A DNA stretch of 64,000 bases, taken from an uncultured Actinomycetes bacterium (GTDB lineage Bacteria > Actinomycetota > Acidimicrobiia > Acidimicrobiales > SZUA-35). Where the stretch lies: positions 51,487 through 115,486 of the forward strand of contig CADEDH010000002.1 of the NCBI GenBank assembly GCA_902826025.1, read 5' to 3'. Below are positions 22,683 to 30,407 of this stretch, one piece after another (position 1 is the stretch's first letter; every line of letters starts with the position of its first letter). Under the pieces are notes generated by a model that saw only the letters and a program-made list of their open reading frames with translations, made no database searches and was not told the DNA's origin. The position numbers and the translations under genes were made by a program.

Positions 22683-24073
22683 CGGTTGCCCCGGGGCTGG
22701 GCCAGCTTCTCGCCGACGGCGGGCGAGAACATCTCCGGGCCGAGGCGGATGCCGTGATCGGCGAGCTTCTGGGCGAACTTGGGCCGCACCCCGGTGGAGC
22801 GCAGCTCGCCCTTGAAGCGGCCGTGCTCGTCGACGCCGGCGGCGAAGTCGAACAGGAAGACGTCCTGGAGGACCACCACGTCGCCCTCCATGCCGGCCAC
22901 CTCGGTGATGTGGGTGATACGGCGGGTGCCGTCACGGAGCCGCTGGAGCTGCACGATCAGGTCGACGGCGGAGGCGATCTGCTCCCGGATGGCCCGGATG
23001 GGCAGGTCGTAGCCCGACATCAGCACGAGCGTCTCGAGGCGGCTGATCGAGTCCCGGGGGGTGTTGGCGTGCAAGGTGGTGAGCGACCCGTCGTGGCCGG
23101 TGTTCATGGCCTGCAACATGTCGAGGGCCTCACCCGACCGGCACTCCCCCACCACGATCCGGTCGGGCCGCATACGCAGGGTGTTCTTCACCAGGTCGCG
23201 GATCGTGACCTCGCCCTTGCCTTCGATGTTGGCCGGCCGGGTTTCCATGGAGAGCACGTGGTCCTGGTGGAGCTGGAGCTCCTTGGCGTCCTCCACCGTC
23301 ACGATGCGCTCGTCGGGCGGGATGAACGACGACAGCACGTTGAGGGTGGTGGTCTTCCCGGTGCCGGTACCGCCCGACACCACGACGTTGAGCTTGCCCA
23401 CCACGCAGGCCTGGAGGAACCGGGCGGCGTGCACGCTGAGGGTGCCGAACCGGATCAGGTCGTCGATCCGGAGCGGATCGGCCGAGAACTTCCGGATGGT
23501 GAGGAACGGGCCGCCCACGGCCAGAGGGGAGATGACGGCGTTGACCCGGGAGCCGTCGGGCAAGCGGGCGTCACACAGGGGGCTCGACTCGTCGATGCGC
23601 CGACCCACCTGGGCCACGATCTTGTCGATGATCCGGCGCAGGTGGTCCTCGTCGAGGAAGTACACCGGCTCGACGCCCAGCTTTCCCTTGCGCTCGGCGT
23701 AGATCTGGCGGGGGCCGTTGCACATGATCTCGGAGATGTCTTCGTCGCGCAGCAGCTTGTCGATCGGGCCGTAGCCCAGGATGTCGTCGGAGACATCCTG
23801 GATCAGCTGGGCCTTGTCGGTGGCCGACAGCGGCGCCCTCTCCTGGGCCAGGGCGTTCTGCAGCGCAGCGTGAACCCGGCGCCGGAGCTCGTCCTCCGAC
23901 ATCCGCTTGTCGTAGAGAACGGGGCCCAACTCGTCGATCAGAGCGGCGTGGACCCGTTGGCGGACCTCGTTGATCGCCGGATCCCGGTTGACCAGGGCGC
24001 CCAGGGCCCCCATGGCGTTGCCGCCGTTGTTGGAGCCGTCGGCCCCGTCGGTGAGACGCTTGTAGAGAGACAT
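22679..24073 (-). CDS. tadA: Tad pilus secretion ATPase TadA/CpaF
   Basis: VVVSGGTGTGKTTTLNVLSSFIPPDERIVTVEDAKELQL, RMRPDRIVVGECRSGEALDMLQAMNTGHDGSLTTLHAN. GGAGGAG lies upstream of the start. Confidence 0.95.
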   Translation of the reverse strand: MSLYKRLTDGADGSNNGGNAMGALGALVNRDPAINEVRQRVHAALIDELGPVLYDKRMSEDELRRRVHAALQNALAQERAPLSATDKAQLIQDVSDDILGYGPIDKLLRDEDISEIMCNGPRQIYAERKGKLGVEPVYFLDEDHLRRIIDKIVAQVGRRIDESSPLCDARLPDGSRVNAVISPLAVGGPFLTIRKFSADPLRIDDLIRFGTLSVHAARFLQACVVGKLNVVVSGGTGTGKTTTLNVLSSFIPPDERIVTVEDAKELQLHQDHVLSMETRPANIEGKGEVTIRDLVKNTLRMRPDRIVVGECRSGEALDMLQAMNTGHDGSLTTLHANTPRDSISRLETLVLMSGYDLPIRAIREQIASAVDLIVQLQRLRDGTRRITHITEVAGMEGDVVVLQDVFLFDFAAGVDEHGRFKGELRSTGVRPKFAQKLADHGIRLGPEMFSPAVGEKLAQPRGNR

Positions 24074-24093
24074 GGCGGTCGCTCCTCCTCAGA

Positions 24094-25395
24094 TCAGCCG
24101 AAGAACTTGCGCCGGCCCGGGATCGGGGCGGCAGAGGCGGGGGAACCCTCGAGAAAGCGCAGGGCCAGCTGCTCGAAGGCCCGGGCCACGCCCGACTTGG
24201 CCGCCGACAGCACCACGGGGGATCCCTTGTTGACCGAAATAGGCACCACCACGTCGGACGGGATGTGAGCCACCGCCGCCACCCGCAGGGTCCGCTCCAC
24301 CTCGGCCACGTCGAGCTTCACCTTGGAGTCGGCCCGGTTGAGGATGAGGTGCAGCTTCTCGGTGGGAATGTCGAGGAGGGCCAGGGTGCTGAGGCCGATC
24401 TTGACGTTCTTGATGTTGGGGATGTCGAGGCCTGCCACCAGCACGATGTCGTCCGACACCTCGATGATCGACAGCACCACCTCGTTGAAGATGGCCGGGG
24501 TGTCGATCACCACGTGGCCGGCGAAGCTCTTGCACAGCTCCACCAGCTTGGCCATCTGCTCACCGCTGACCTGGTCGGCGAAGGTGGGCTCCACCGGCGC
24601 CGGCAGCACGAGCATCCCGCTGGGCTCGTGCACGGTCATCAGACTCCGGATCATCTCGGGGTCGGCGTGGTCGAGCTGGGTCACCACGTCGACCACCGTG
24701 TGCTGGGCCTGGAGCTTGAGCATCACGGCCACGTCGCCGAACTGGAGATGAGCGTCGATCAGCACCACGGGGCGGTCCGACCGCTGGGCCAGCACCACGC
24801 CCAGGTTGGTGGCGGTGACCGACTTGCCGGAACCGCCCTTGGTGGAGAACACGGTGAGGACCCGCCCCACCGACTCGTCGCCACCGCTGGTGGAACCGGG
24901 GGTGCCGGAGCCCGACAGCTGGGTGACGGTGGGGAACAGCCCCTCCGAGACCCGGGTGACAGTGTCGATCAGCTGGGCCTTGTCGATCGGGGCCGACAGC
25001 ACGTCCCGCACGCCGGCCCGAAGGGCCTTCTGCAGGAGCTGCGTGCTGAGCTCGGCCGTCACCAGCACGGTGCCCACGTGGGGCTGGGTGCGGGTCCACA
25101 GCTCGATGGTGGCGAGATCCTCGGGCTCAGCGCACGAAGGGCCGAGGATCACCACGATCGGCGACAGGCCGAGCCGGGTCTCGATCTCGCTCAGCGAGCC
25201 GGCGGTGTCGACCCGACCGTCGAACAGGCCGGCCAGGTAGTCGCGGACCGCCTGGTCGGGATCCACGATGGCCAGTGAGATCCCGCCGAACTGGCTCTTC
25301 TCGTTGGCCGCATTGAGCTGGTCGTCGAGCTCGGCATCTATGCCGAAGTCGTCGTAGCTGAAGGGGGTGAAGGTGCTCAGGTCCTGGTCGGTCAT
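24094..25395 (-). CDS. tadZ: TadZ/CpaE: pseudo-receiver domain plus MinD/ParA-type ATPase
   Basis: VLTVFSTKGGSGKSVTATNLGVVLAQ (deviant Walker A). The N-terminal domain is receiver-like. Confidence 0.85.
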   Translation of the reverse strand: MTDQDLSTFTPFSYDDFGIDAELDDQLNAANEKSQFGGISLAIVDPDQAVRDYLAGLFDGRVDTAGSLSEIETRLGLSPIVVILGPSCAEPEDLATIELWTRTQPHVGTVLVTAELSTQLLQKALRAGVRDVLSAPIDKAQLIDTVTRVSEGLFPTVTQLSGSGTPGSTSGGDESVGRVLTVFSTKGGSGKSVTATNLGVVLAQRSDRPVVLIDAHLQFGDVAVMLKLQAQHTVVDVVTQLDHADPEMIRSLMTVHEPSGMLVLPAPVEPTFADQVSGEQMAKLVELCKSFAGHVVIDTPAIFNEVVLSIIEVSDDIVLVAGLDIPNIKNVKIGLSTLALLDIPTEKLHLILNRADSKVKLDVAEVERTLRVAAVAHIPSDVVVPISVNKGSPVVLSAAKSGVARAFEQLALRFLEGSPASAAPIPGRRKFFG

Positions 25396-25471
25396 CTCGG
25401 TCCTCGGGTCATTGCGGTGGCTGCGGGGCGGCGGGCGGCGGGGGCTGTGAGCGGTTCGGGGGCCAGGGTCC

Positions 25472-26326
25472 TCAGGCCTTGGAGGCGCCCGCGGGGCCGT
25501 ACGGGGTGAGCTTGGAGCCGTCCTCGCCGGGGAGGGTGTCCGAGCCGTAGTCGAGCGGCGGGATCGGGGTGGGCTGGTAGTCGGAGGGCACCAGCGAGAG
25601 GTACAGGTTGTCGGTACCGACCGACAGAATCGTCTGCACGGCGTCGGGGGGTACGGCCAGGGTGATCATGCCGGCGTTGGCCGGAGCGCTGGCCGTCTCG
25701 TCGGTGGTCTCGCCCAGGTCGGGGGTCAGCGACTTGTCGATCGCCAGCACCTCGGCCTTCTGATAGACGTACCGGGCCACGAAGTTCCACGTGGTGCCGG
25801 CAGCACCCTCCACCGGGGCGGCCCCGCCCTCGGTGGTCTGGGCCGCGGGGGCGGTGTTGGGGATCATGGCCAGGACGTTCACGAAGTCGCCGGGCTCGAT
25901 CAGGTACGCGGCGCCCTTCACCTGATCGACGCTGAAGGTCACCGTGGTCAGGCCCTTCTCCTGGAGGCGGTCGGTGATGCCGGTGTTGACCACGGTGGGG
26001 GCCACGAAGTTGCCGGCCACCACGGTGGCGTTGGCCGGGAGGTCGGTCACGGCCACCAGGCCGGCCAGCTCGGTCTCGGGGTCGACGATGGCGGTGGCCG
26101 GCCGGAAGCTGGCCGGGATCTCGCCCTTGGTCAGCAGACCCTGGGTGATCGCCTGCTCGGCCGGCGTGCCCTTGGCGATGCCCTGTTGCACCACCCAGAC
26201 CGTCTGGGGTTCGGCGTCGTCGTAGACCGAGCCCTCGACATTGCGGATGTAGTTGAGCAGTCCGAAGGACGCGATCGCGCCCACTACCACCGCAACAATG
26301 AGAATCACCGTCCGTCGTGACTTCAC
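25472..26326 (-). CDS. cpaB: Flp pilus assembly protein CpaB/RcpC (SAF domain)
   Basis: GTG start with GGGGAGAG upstream. MKSRRTVILIVAVVVGAIASFGLLNYI (TM), then VWVVQQGIAKGTP...LTKGEIP. Confidence 0.85.
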   Translation of the reverse strand: MKSRRTVILIVAVVVGAIASFGLLNYIRNVEGSVYDDAEPQTVWVVQQGIAKGTPAEQAITQGLLTKGEIPASFRPATAIVDPETELAGLVAVTDLPANATVVAGNFVAPTVVNTGITDRLQEKGLTTVTFSVDQVKGAAYLIEPGDFVNVLAMIPNTAPAAQTTEGGAAPVEGAAGTTWNFVARYVYQKAEVLAIDKSLTPDLGETTDETASAPANAGMITLAVPPDAVQTILSVGTDNLYLSLVPSDYQPTPIPPLDYGSDTLPGEDGSKLTPYGPAGASKA

Positions 26327-26425
26327 GACACTCTCCCCAGGGTCGGGCAGGCCGGCAGATCCGGCCTGGTGCGTTTCCTTAGGGAGTCATGTCGGTTCCG
26401 GCGGTGGCCGGGTGAAGGAAATCGA

Positions 26426-26468
26426 CCAAAAGCCGAACGACCCGGGCCATGGGCACCGGGTCGTTCGG
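26426..26468 (-). terminator. Rho-independent terminator after rpsA
   Basis: Minus strand: ccgaacgacccgg-(loop)-ccgggtcgttcgg followed by cttttgg. A 13-bp perfect stem. Confidence 0.75.
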
Positions 26469-26493
26469 ATCGTCCAGGGACGGTTTGAGTGGC

Positions 26494-27900
26494 TTACGCC
26501 TCTTCGACGGCCTCAGGGGCCTCTGTGGCCTCAGGGGCCTCGGTGGTCTCAGGGGCCTCGGTGGTCTCGCCGGCCTCGTCGCCCTCGAAGGCGGCAGTGC
26601 CGCCAGAGCGCTCGAGCTCCTCGTAGTACTCAGCCCAGGCAGCCTCGGTTGCCGGATCGACCTCGGTGGGGCCGATGTAGTTGCCCTCCTCGTCGAAGGC
26701 GTGCTCGCCGAAGTGCTCCTGGTACTCCTGGGCCACCACACCACCTTCGGCCGCCTGCTTGATGGACAGGCTGATCCGGCGGCGCTGGAGGTCGATGTCG
26801 ATGATCTTCACCCACAGCTCCTCGCCGGGGGTGACGACCTGCTCGGGGAGGTCGACGTGGTGGGCCGACATCTCCGAGATGTGCACCAGGCCCTCGATGC
26901 CCTCGCCCACCTGGACGAAGGAGCCGAACGGCACCAGCTTGGTGACCCGGCCGTAGACCAGCTCGCCCACCCGGTGGGTGGTGGCGAACTCCTGCCACGG
27001 ATCCTGCTGGGTGGCCTTGAGCGACAGGCTGATCCGCTCCCGGTCGAGGTCGACCTCGAGCACCTGGACCGTGACCTCGTCGCCCACCTGCACCACGGAG
27101 CCGGGATGATCGACGTGCTTCCACGACAGCTCCGACACGTGGATCAGGCCGTCCATGCCGCCCAGGTCCACGAAGGCACCGAAGTTGACCACCGACGACA
27201 CCACACCGGTGCGAACCTCGCCCGGGGTGAGGTTGGTGAGGAAGTCTTCGCGCTGTTCCTTCTGGGTCTCCTCCAGATAGGCCCGGCGGCTCAGCACGAC
27301 GTTATTGCGGTTCTTGTCGAGCTCGATGATCTTGGCGTCGAGCGTGCGACCCACGTAGGGCTGCAGGTCACGGACCCGGCGCAGCTCCACCAGGGAGGCA
27401 GGCAGGAAGCCCCGGAGGCCGATGTCGATGATCAGGCCGCCCTTCACCACCTCGATCACGGGGCCGGACACGACACCGTCGCGCTCCTTGACCTCCTCGA
27501 TCGTTCCCCAGGCCCGTTCGTACTGGGCCCGCTTCTTCGACAGCAGCAGCCGACCCTCCTTGTCCTCCTTCTGGAGCACGAGGGCTTCGAGCTGGTCGCC
27601 GATCGAGACGATCTCGCCCGGATCGATGTCGTTGCGGATCGACAGCTCGCGAGCGGGGATCACGCCTTCGCTCTTGTAGCCGATGTCGAGGAGGACCTCG
27701 TCCCGGTCGACCCGCACCACGGTGCCGGTCACAAGCTGTCCGTCGTCCACGACCACCATCGAGGCGGCATAGGCGTCGTCCAGGGACCCCTCGAGGTCAT
27801 TGGCCGTGATCTGGCGGGGCGTGTACCCGTCGAGGTCGGTGATGGCGGTGTCTTCGGACATGTGTGAGGTCAGATCATTGCTTAGTTCAGTGGTGGACAC
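26494..27900 (-). CDS. rpsA: 30S ribosomal protein S1
   Basis: Four S1 domains (GTVVRVDRDEVLLDIGYKSEGVIPARELS; GPVIEVVKGGLIIDIGLRGFLPASL; GVVSSVVNFGAFVDLGGMDGLIHVSELS; GRVTKLVPFGSFVQVGEGIEGLVHISE). The start is uncertain (27900, or the internal ATG at MSEDT). Confidence 0.95.
   Translation of the reverse strand: MSTTELSNDLTSHMSEDTAITDLDGYTPRQITANDLEGSLDDAYAASMVVVDDGQLVTGTVVRVDRDEVLLDIGYKSEGVIPARELSIRNDIDPGEIVSIGDQLEALVLQKEDKEGRLLLSKKRAQYERAWGTIEEVKERDGVVSGPVIEVVKGGLIIDIGLRGFLPASLVELRRVRDLQPYVGRTLDAKIIELDKNRNNVVLSRRAYLEETQKEQREDFLTNLTPGEVRTGVVSSVVNFGAFVDLGGMDGLIHVSELSWKHVDHPGSVVQVGDEVTVQVLEVDLDRERISLSLKATQQDPWQEFATTHRVGELVYGRVTKLVPFGSFVQVGEGIEGLVHISEMSAHHVDLPEQVVTPGEELWVKIIDIDLQRRRISLSIKQAAEGGVVAQEYQEHFGEHAFDEEGNYIGPTEVDPATEAAWAEYYEELERSGGTAAFEGDEAGETTEAPETTEAPEATEAPEAVEEA
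26509..26562. repeat. 18-nt tandem repeat (3 copies) in the 3' end of rpsA
   Basis: ggYctcaggggcctcNgt x3, encoding TTEAPE-type repeats in the acidic C-terminal tail of S1. Confidence 0.8.
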
Positions 27901-28154
27901 GTGTGGAACTGGTTGCTTTCAAACAAGGGAGCTGCCGATCGGCCCGCAGAGCCCGCCGATCCGGCAGTCGGCCGGTTCCGCAGGGTGTTGGCATGAGGCG
28001 GCAGGGCGGGACTGTCCCGACCATCTTCCAGCCTACCAGGGCGTTTCGCCCACCCACCCGTGATCGGCCATACCTCGTCCCTGGTGAGCGCCCCTTGGTG
28101 GTGTGAGATCAGCACCGCAGGGGAACCACCAGGGACCCGAGGTGACGAGGACCC

Positions 28155-29552
28155 GTGCGAATCGTGATGACCCTGGCGTTCTACCCGAGGGGCGGCGGGG
28201 CTCAGGTGGCCCGCTACCTGGCGCGCTCGCTGGGTGATCGGGGGGTCGACGTGACGCTGTGCTGCGGCTCGCTCGGTTGTCCCGGCGCCAGCACGCACGC
28301 CGAGACCTTCTTCGCCGGCCTGACCGTCCGGGCCCTCGATTTCACCGAGGCGGCCGCCCGACACGGGCGGGGCCAGGATCCGATGACCGCTCGGGTGCCG
28401 ATCCACCCGTCGTTCGAGGACCGCCCAGGCGTACCGGACCGGGTGTTCACCTCCCTGACCGGGGCCGACCACAGGCGACAGGTGGCAGCCTGGTGCGAGC
28501 TGCTGGCCAGCGTCGGCCCGCCCGACCTCTATCACATCCATCATCTGACCCACGTGAACGATGCGGTGGCGGCCCAGGGTGGGATTCCCGCCGTGGTGCA
28601 TCTTCACGGCACCGAACTCAAGATGCTCGACGCCATCCGCCGCGGCGCCTGTGGCTCGCGGCCCCACGCTCCGGCCTGGCAGAGGCGACTCCATGCCGCC
28701 GCCGGTCGGGCGGATCGCCTGGTGGCGGTGTCTCCGGCCGATCGTGATCTGGCCGGCGACCTGTTCGGCATCGAGCCGGCCTCGATCGACGTCGTCCCCA
28801 ATGGGGTGGACACGCAGCGGTTCTCGGTCAACCGGTTCGACGCCTACGAAGGCCAGGCCCTCTGGCGGCGATGGCTGGTGGAGGAGCCACGGGGTTGGAA
28901 TGAGACGGGCGCGCCCGGTTCTGTTCGCTACTCGGACCGGGATCTGCAGCGGGGTTTCCACGACCGCTCGACGGGAGAACCGCTGCCGGTGCTGCTGTAC
29001 GTGGGGCGGTTCCTCGATTTCAAGCGTGTGCCGATGCTGGTGCGGGCGTACGCCGCAGTTCGTGCGGAACTCGGGCCCTCCGCCCCGCCCCTGGTGATCT
29101 GGGGCGGATTCCCCGGGGAATGGGAGGGCGACCACCCCCACACCGTCGCGACGTCGCTCGGTGTCGACGGGGTCTTCTTCGCCGGTTGGCGAGACCATGG
29201 CGACTTGGCGCTGGCCCTCAACGCCGTCGATGTCTTCGTTGCGCCTTCGGTCGACGAGCCCTTCGGGCAGGTGTACCTGGAGGCGATGGCCACCGGGTTG
29301 CCGGTGATCGCCACCAGGTCCGGAGGACCGCTCTCGTTCGTCAACGTCGATCCGGCCCGCCCCAACGGCTGGCTGGTGACACCCGACGACGAACAGGAGT
29401 TGGCGGCGACGATCGTCACCGCGATGAGCAACGAGACCGAACGGGAAAGCCGGGGCCGGCGAGGCCGGGAAATCGTCGAGCGCGAGTTCGACTGGCGCCA
29501 CGTCGCCCAGCGCTTCGAGGCGATCTACCGGGACACGATCGCCGGGTCCTGA
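28155..29552 (+). CDS. Family 4 (GT-B) glycosyltransferase
   Basis: MRIVMTLAFYPRGGGAQVARYLARSL and the C-terminal EPFGQVYLEAMATGLPVIATRSGGP (EX7E region). Confidence 0.85.
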   Translation: MRIVMTLAFYPRGGGAQVARYLARSLGDRGVDVTLCCGSLGCPGASTHAETFFAGLTVRALDFTEAAARHGRGQDPMTARVPIHPSFEDRPGVPDRVFTSLTGADHRRQVAAWCELLASVGPPDLYHIHHLTHVNDAVAAQGGIPAVVHLHGTELKMLDAIRRGACGSRPHAPAWQRRLHAAAGRADRLVAVSPADRDLAGDLFGIEPASIDVVPNGVDTQRFSVNRFDAYEGQALWRRWLVEEPRGWNETGAPGSVRYSDRDLQRGFHDRSTGEPLPVLLYVGRFLDFKRVPMLVRAYAAVRAELGPSAPPLVIWGGFPGEWEGDHPHTVATSLGVDGVFFAGWRDHGDLALALNAVDVFVAPSVDEPFGQVYLEAMATGLPVIATRSGGPLSFVNVDPARPNGWLVTPDDEQELAATIVTAMSNETERESRGRRGREIVEREFDWRHVAQRFEAIYRDTIAGS

Positions 29553-29584
29553 TCGACGATCACGACCGCTGCCGTCTGAGCTGG

Positions 29585-30376
29585 TCAGCCCGCCCCCGGC
29601 CGGCGGGCCACGAGCAGGAACTCGGGGCACTCGATCGTGGGCGGACCAGGGCGGTAGGCGCCAGGGGTGACCCCGTGGACGGCCACGACCTCCAGCCCGA
29701 CGGACCGGGCCAGCAGGCGCAGCTCCCGCGGGGTGAAACATGACGTCCACAGGTCGGCCGGGGCCTCCCGTCCTTCCGCGTCCTTCAGCGTGGTGTGCTC
29801 GTGGTTCACGCCCCGGTCGGCGTCGAAGGTGTCGCGATCCTCGAGGTAGTGGATCTGGAAGTAGGCCGAGAAGGCCGACACCACCAGCCGGGCCCCGGGC
29901 AACAGCACCCCGGCCATACCAGCCAGGATCGGCTCATCCAGTTCCCGGTCTGTCGGCATCGTGGTGTCGGGCCCGCCGGCCAGGCCGAACGCCCCCTGGC
30001 ACAGGGAGTACACGGCATCGAACGATCCCAGCGTCGCCCAGGTGGCGCCCACTCGGGCGTCGGCCACCTCGAACCGGGCCCGGCCGGCCAGGCCGGCCGC
30101 CTCAGCCGCCCGGCGGGCCAGTTCGACGAACGTGGACGAGATGTCCACTCCCACCACCTCGTAGCCCAGCCGGGCCAGAGCCAGAGCGTGCCGACCGGGC
30201 CCGCAGCCCACGTCGAGCACCCGGTGGCCGGGCTCCAGCCCCAGCAGCTCGACCAGGGCCCCGACCTCCTGGTCGGTCCCCTTGGTGAAGGAGTACCTCA
30301 GGTAGGCGGGACCGAGGAAGTCGGCCATCGCCTCGAACCAGTGGCCCCGCTCGGGCTCATCCCCCCTCACGGCCAT
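29585..30376 (-). CDS. Class I SAM-dependent methyltransferase
   Basis: From the ATG at 30376: VLDVGCGPGRHALALARLGYEVVGVDIS, FDAVYSL, LLPGARLVV. The upstream extension would overlap polA. Confidence 0.8.
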   Translation of the reverse strand: MAVRGDEPERGHWFEAMADFLGPAYLRYSFTKGTDQEVGALVELLGLEPGHRVLDVGCGPGRHALALARLGYEVVGVDISSTFVELARRAAEAAGLAGRARFEVADARVGATWATLGSFDAVYSLCQGAFGLAGGPDTTMPTDRELDEPILAGMAGVLLPGARLVVSAFSAYFQIHYLEDRDTFDADRGVNHEHTTLKDAEGREAPADLWTSCFTPRELRLLARSVGLEVVAVHGVTPGAYRPGPPTIECPEFLLVARRPGAG

Positions 30377-30407
30377 CGACGTTACCCCTGCGTTCGCCAG
30401 GGGACAC

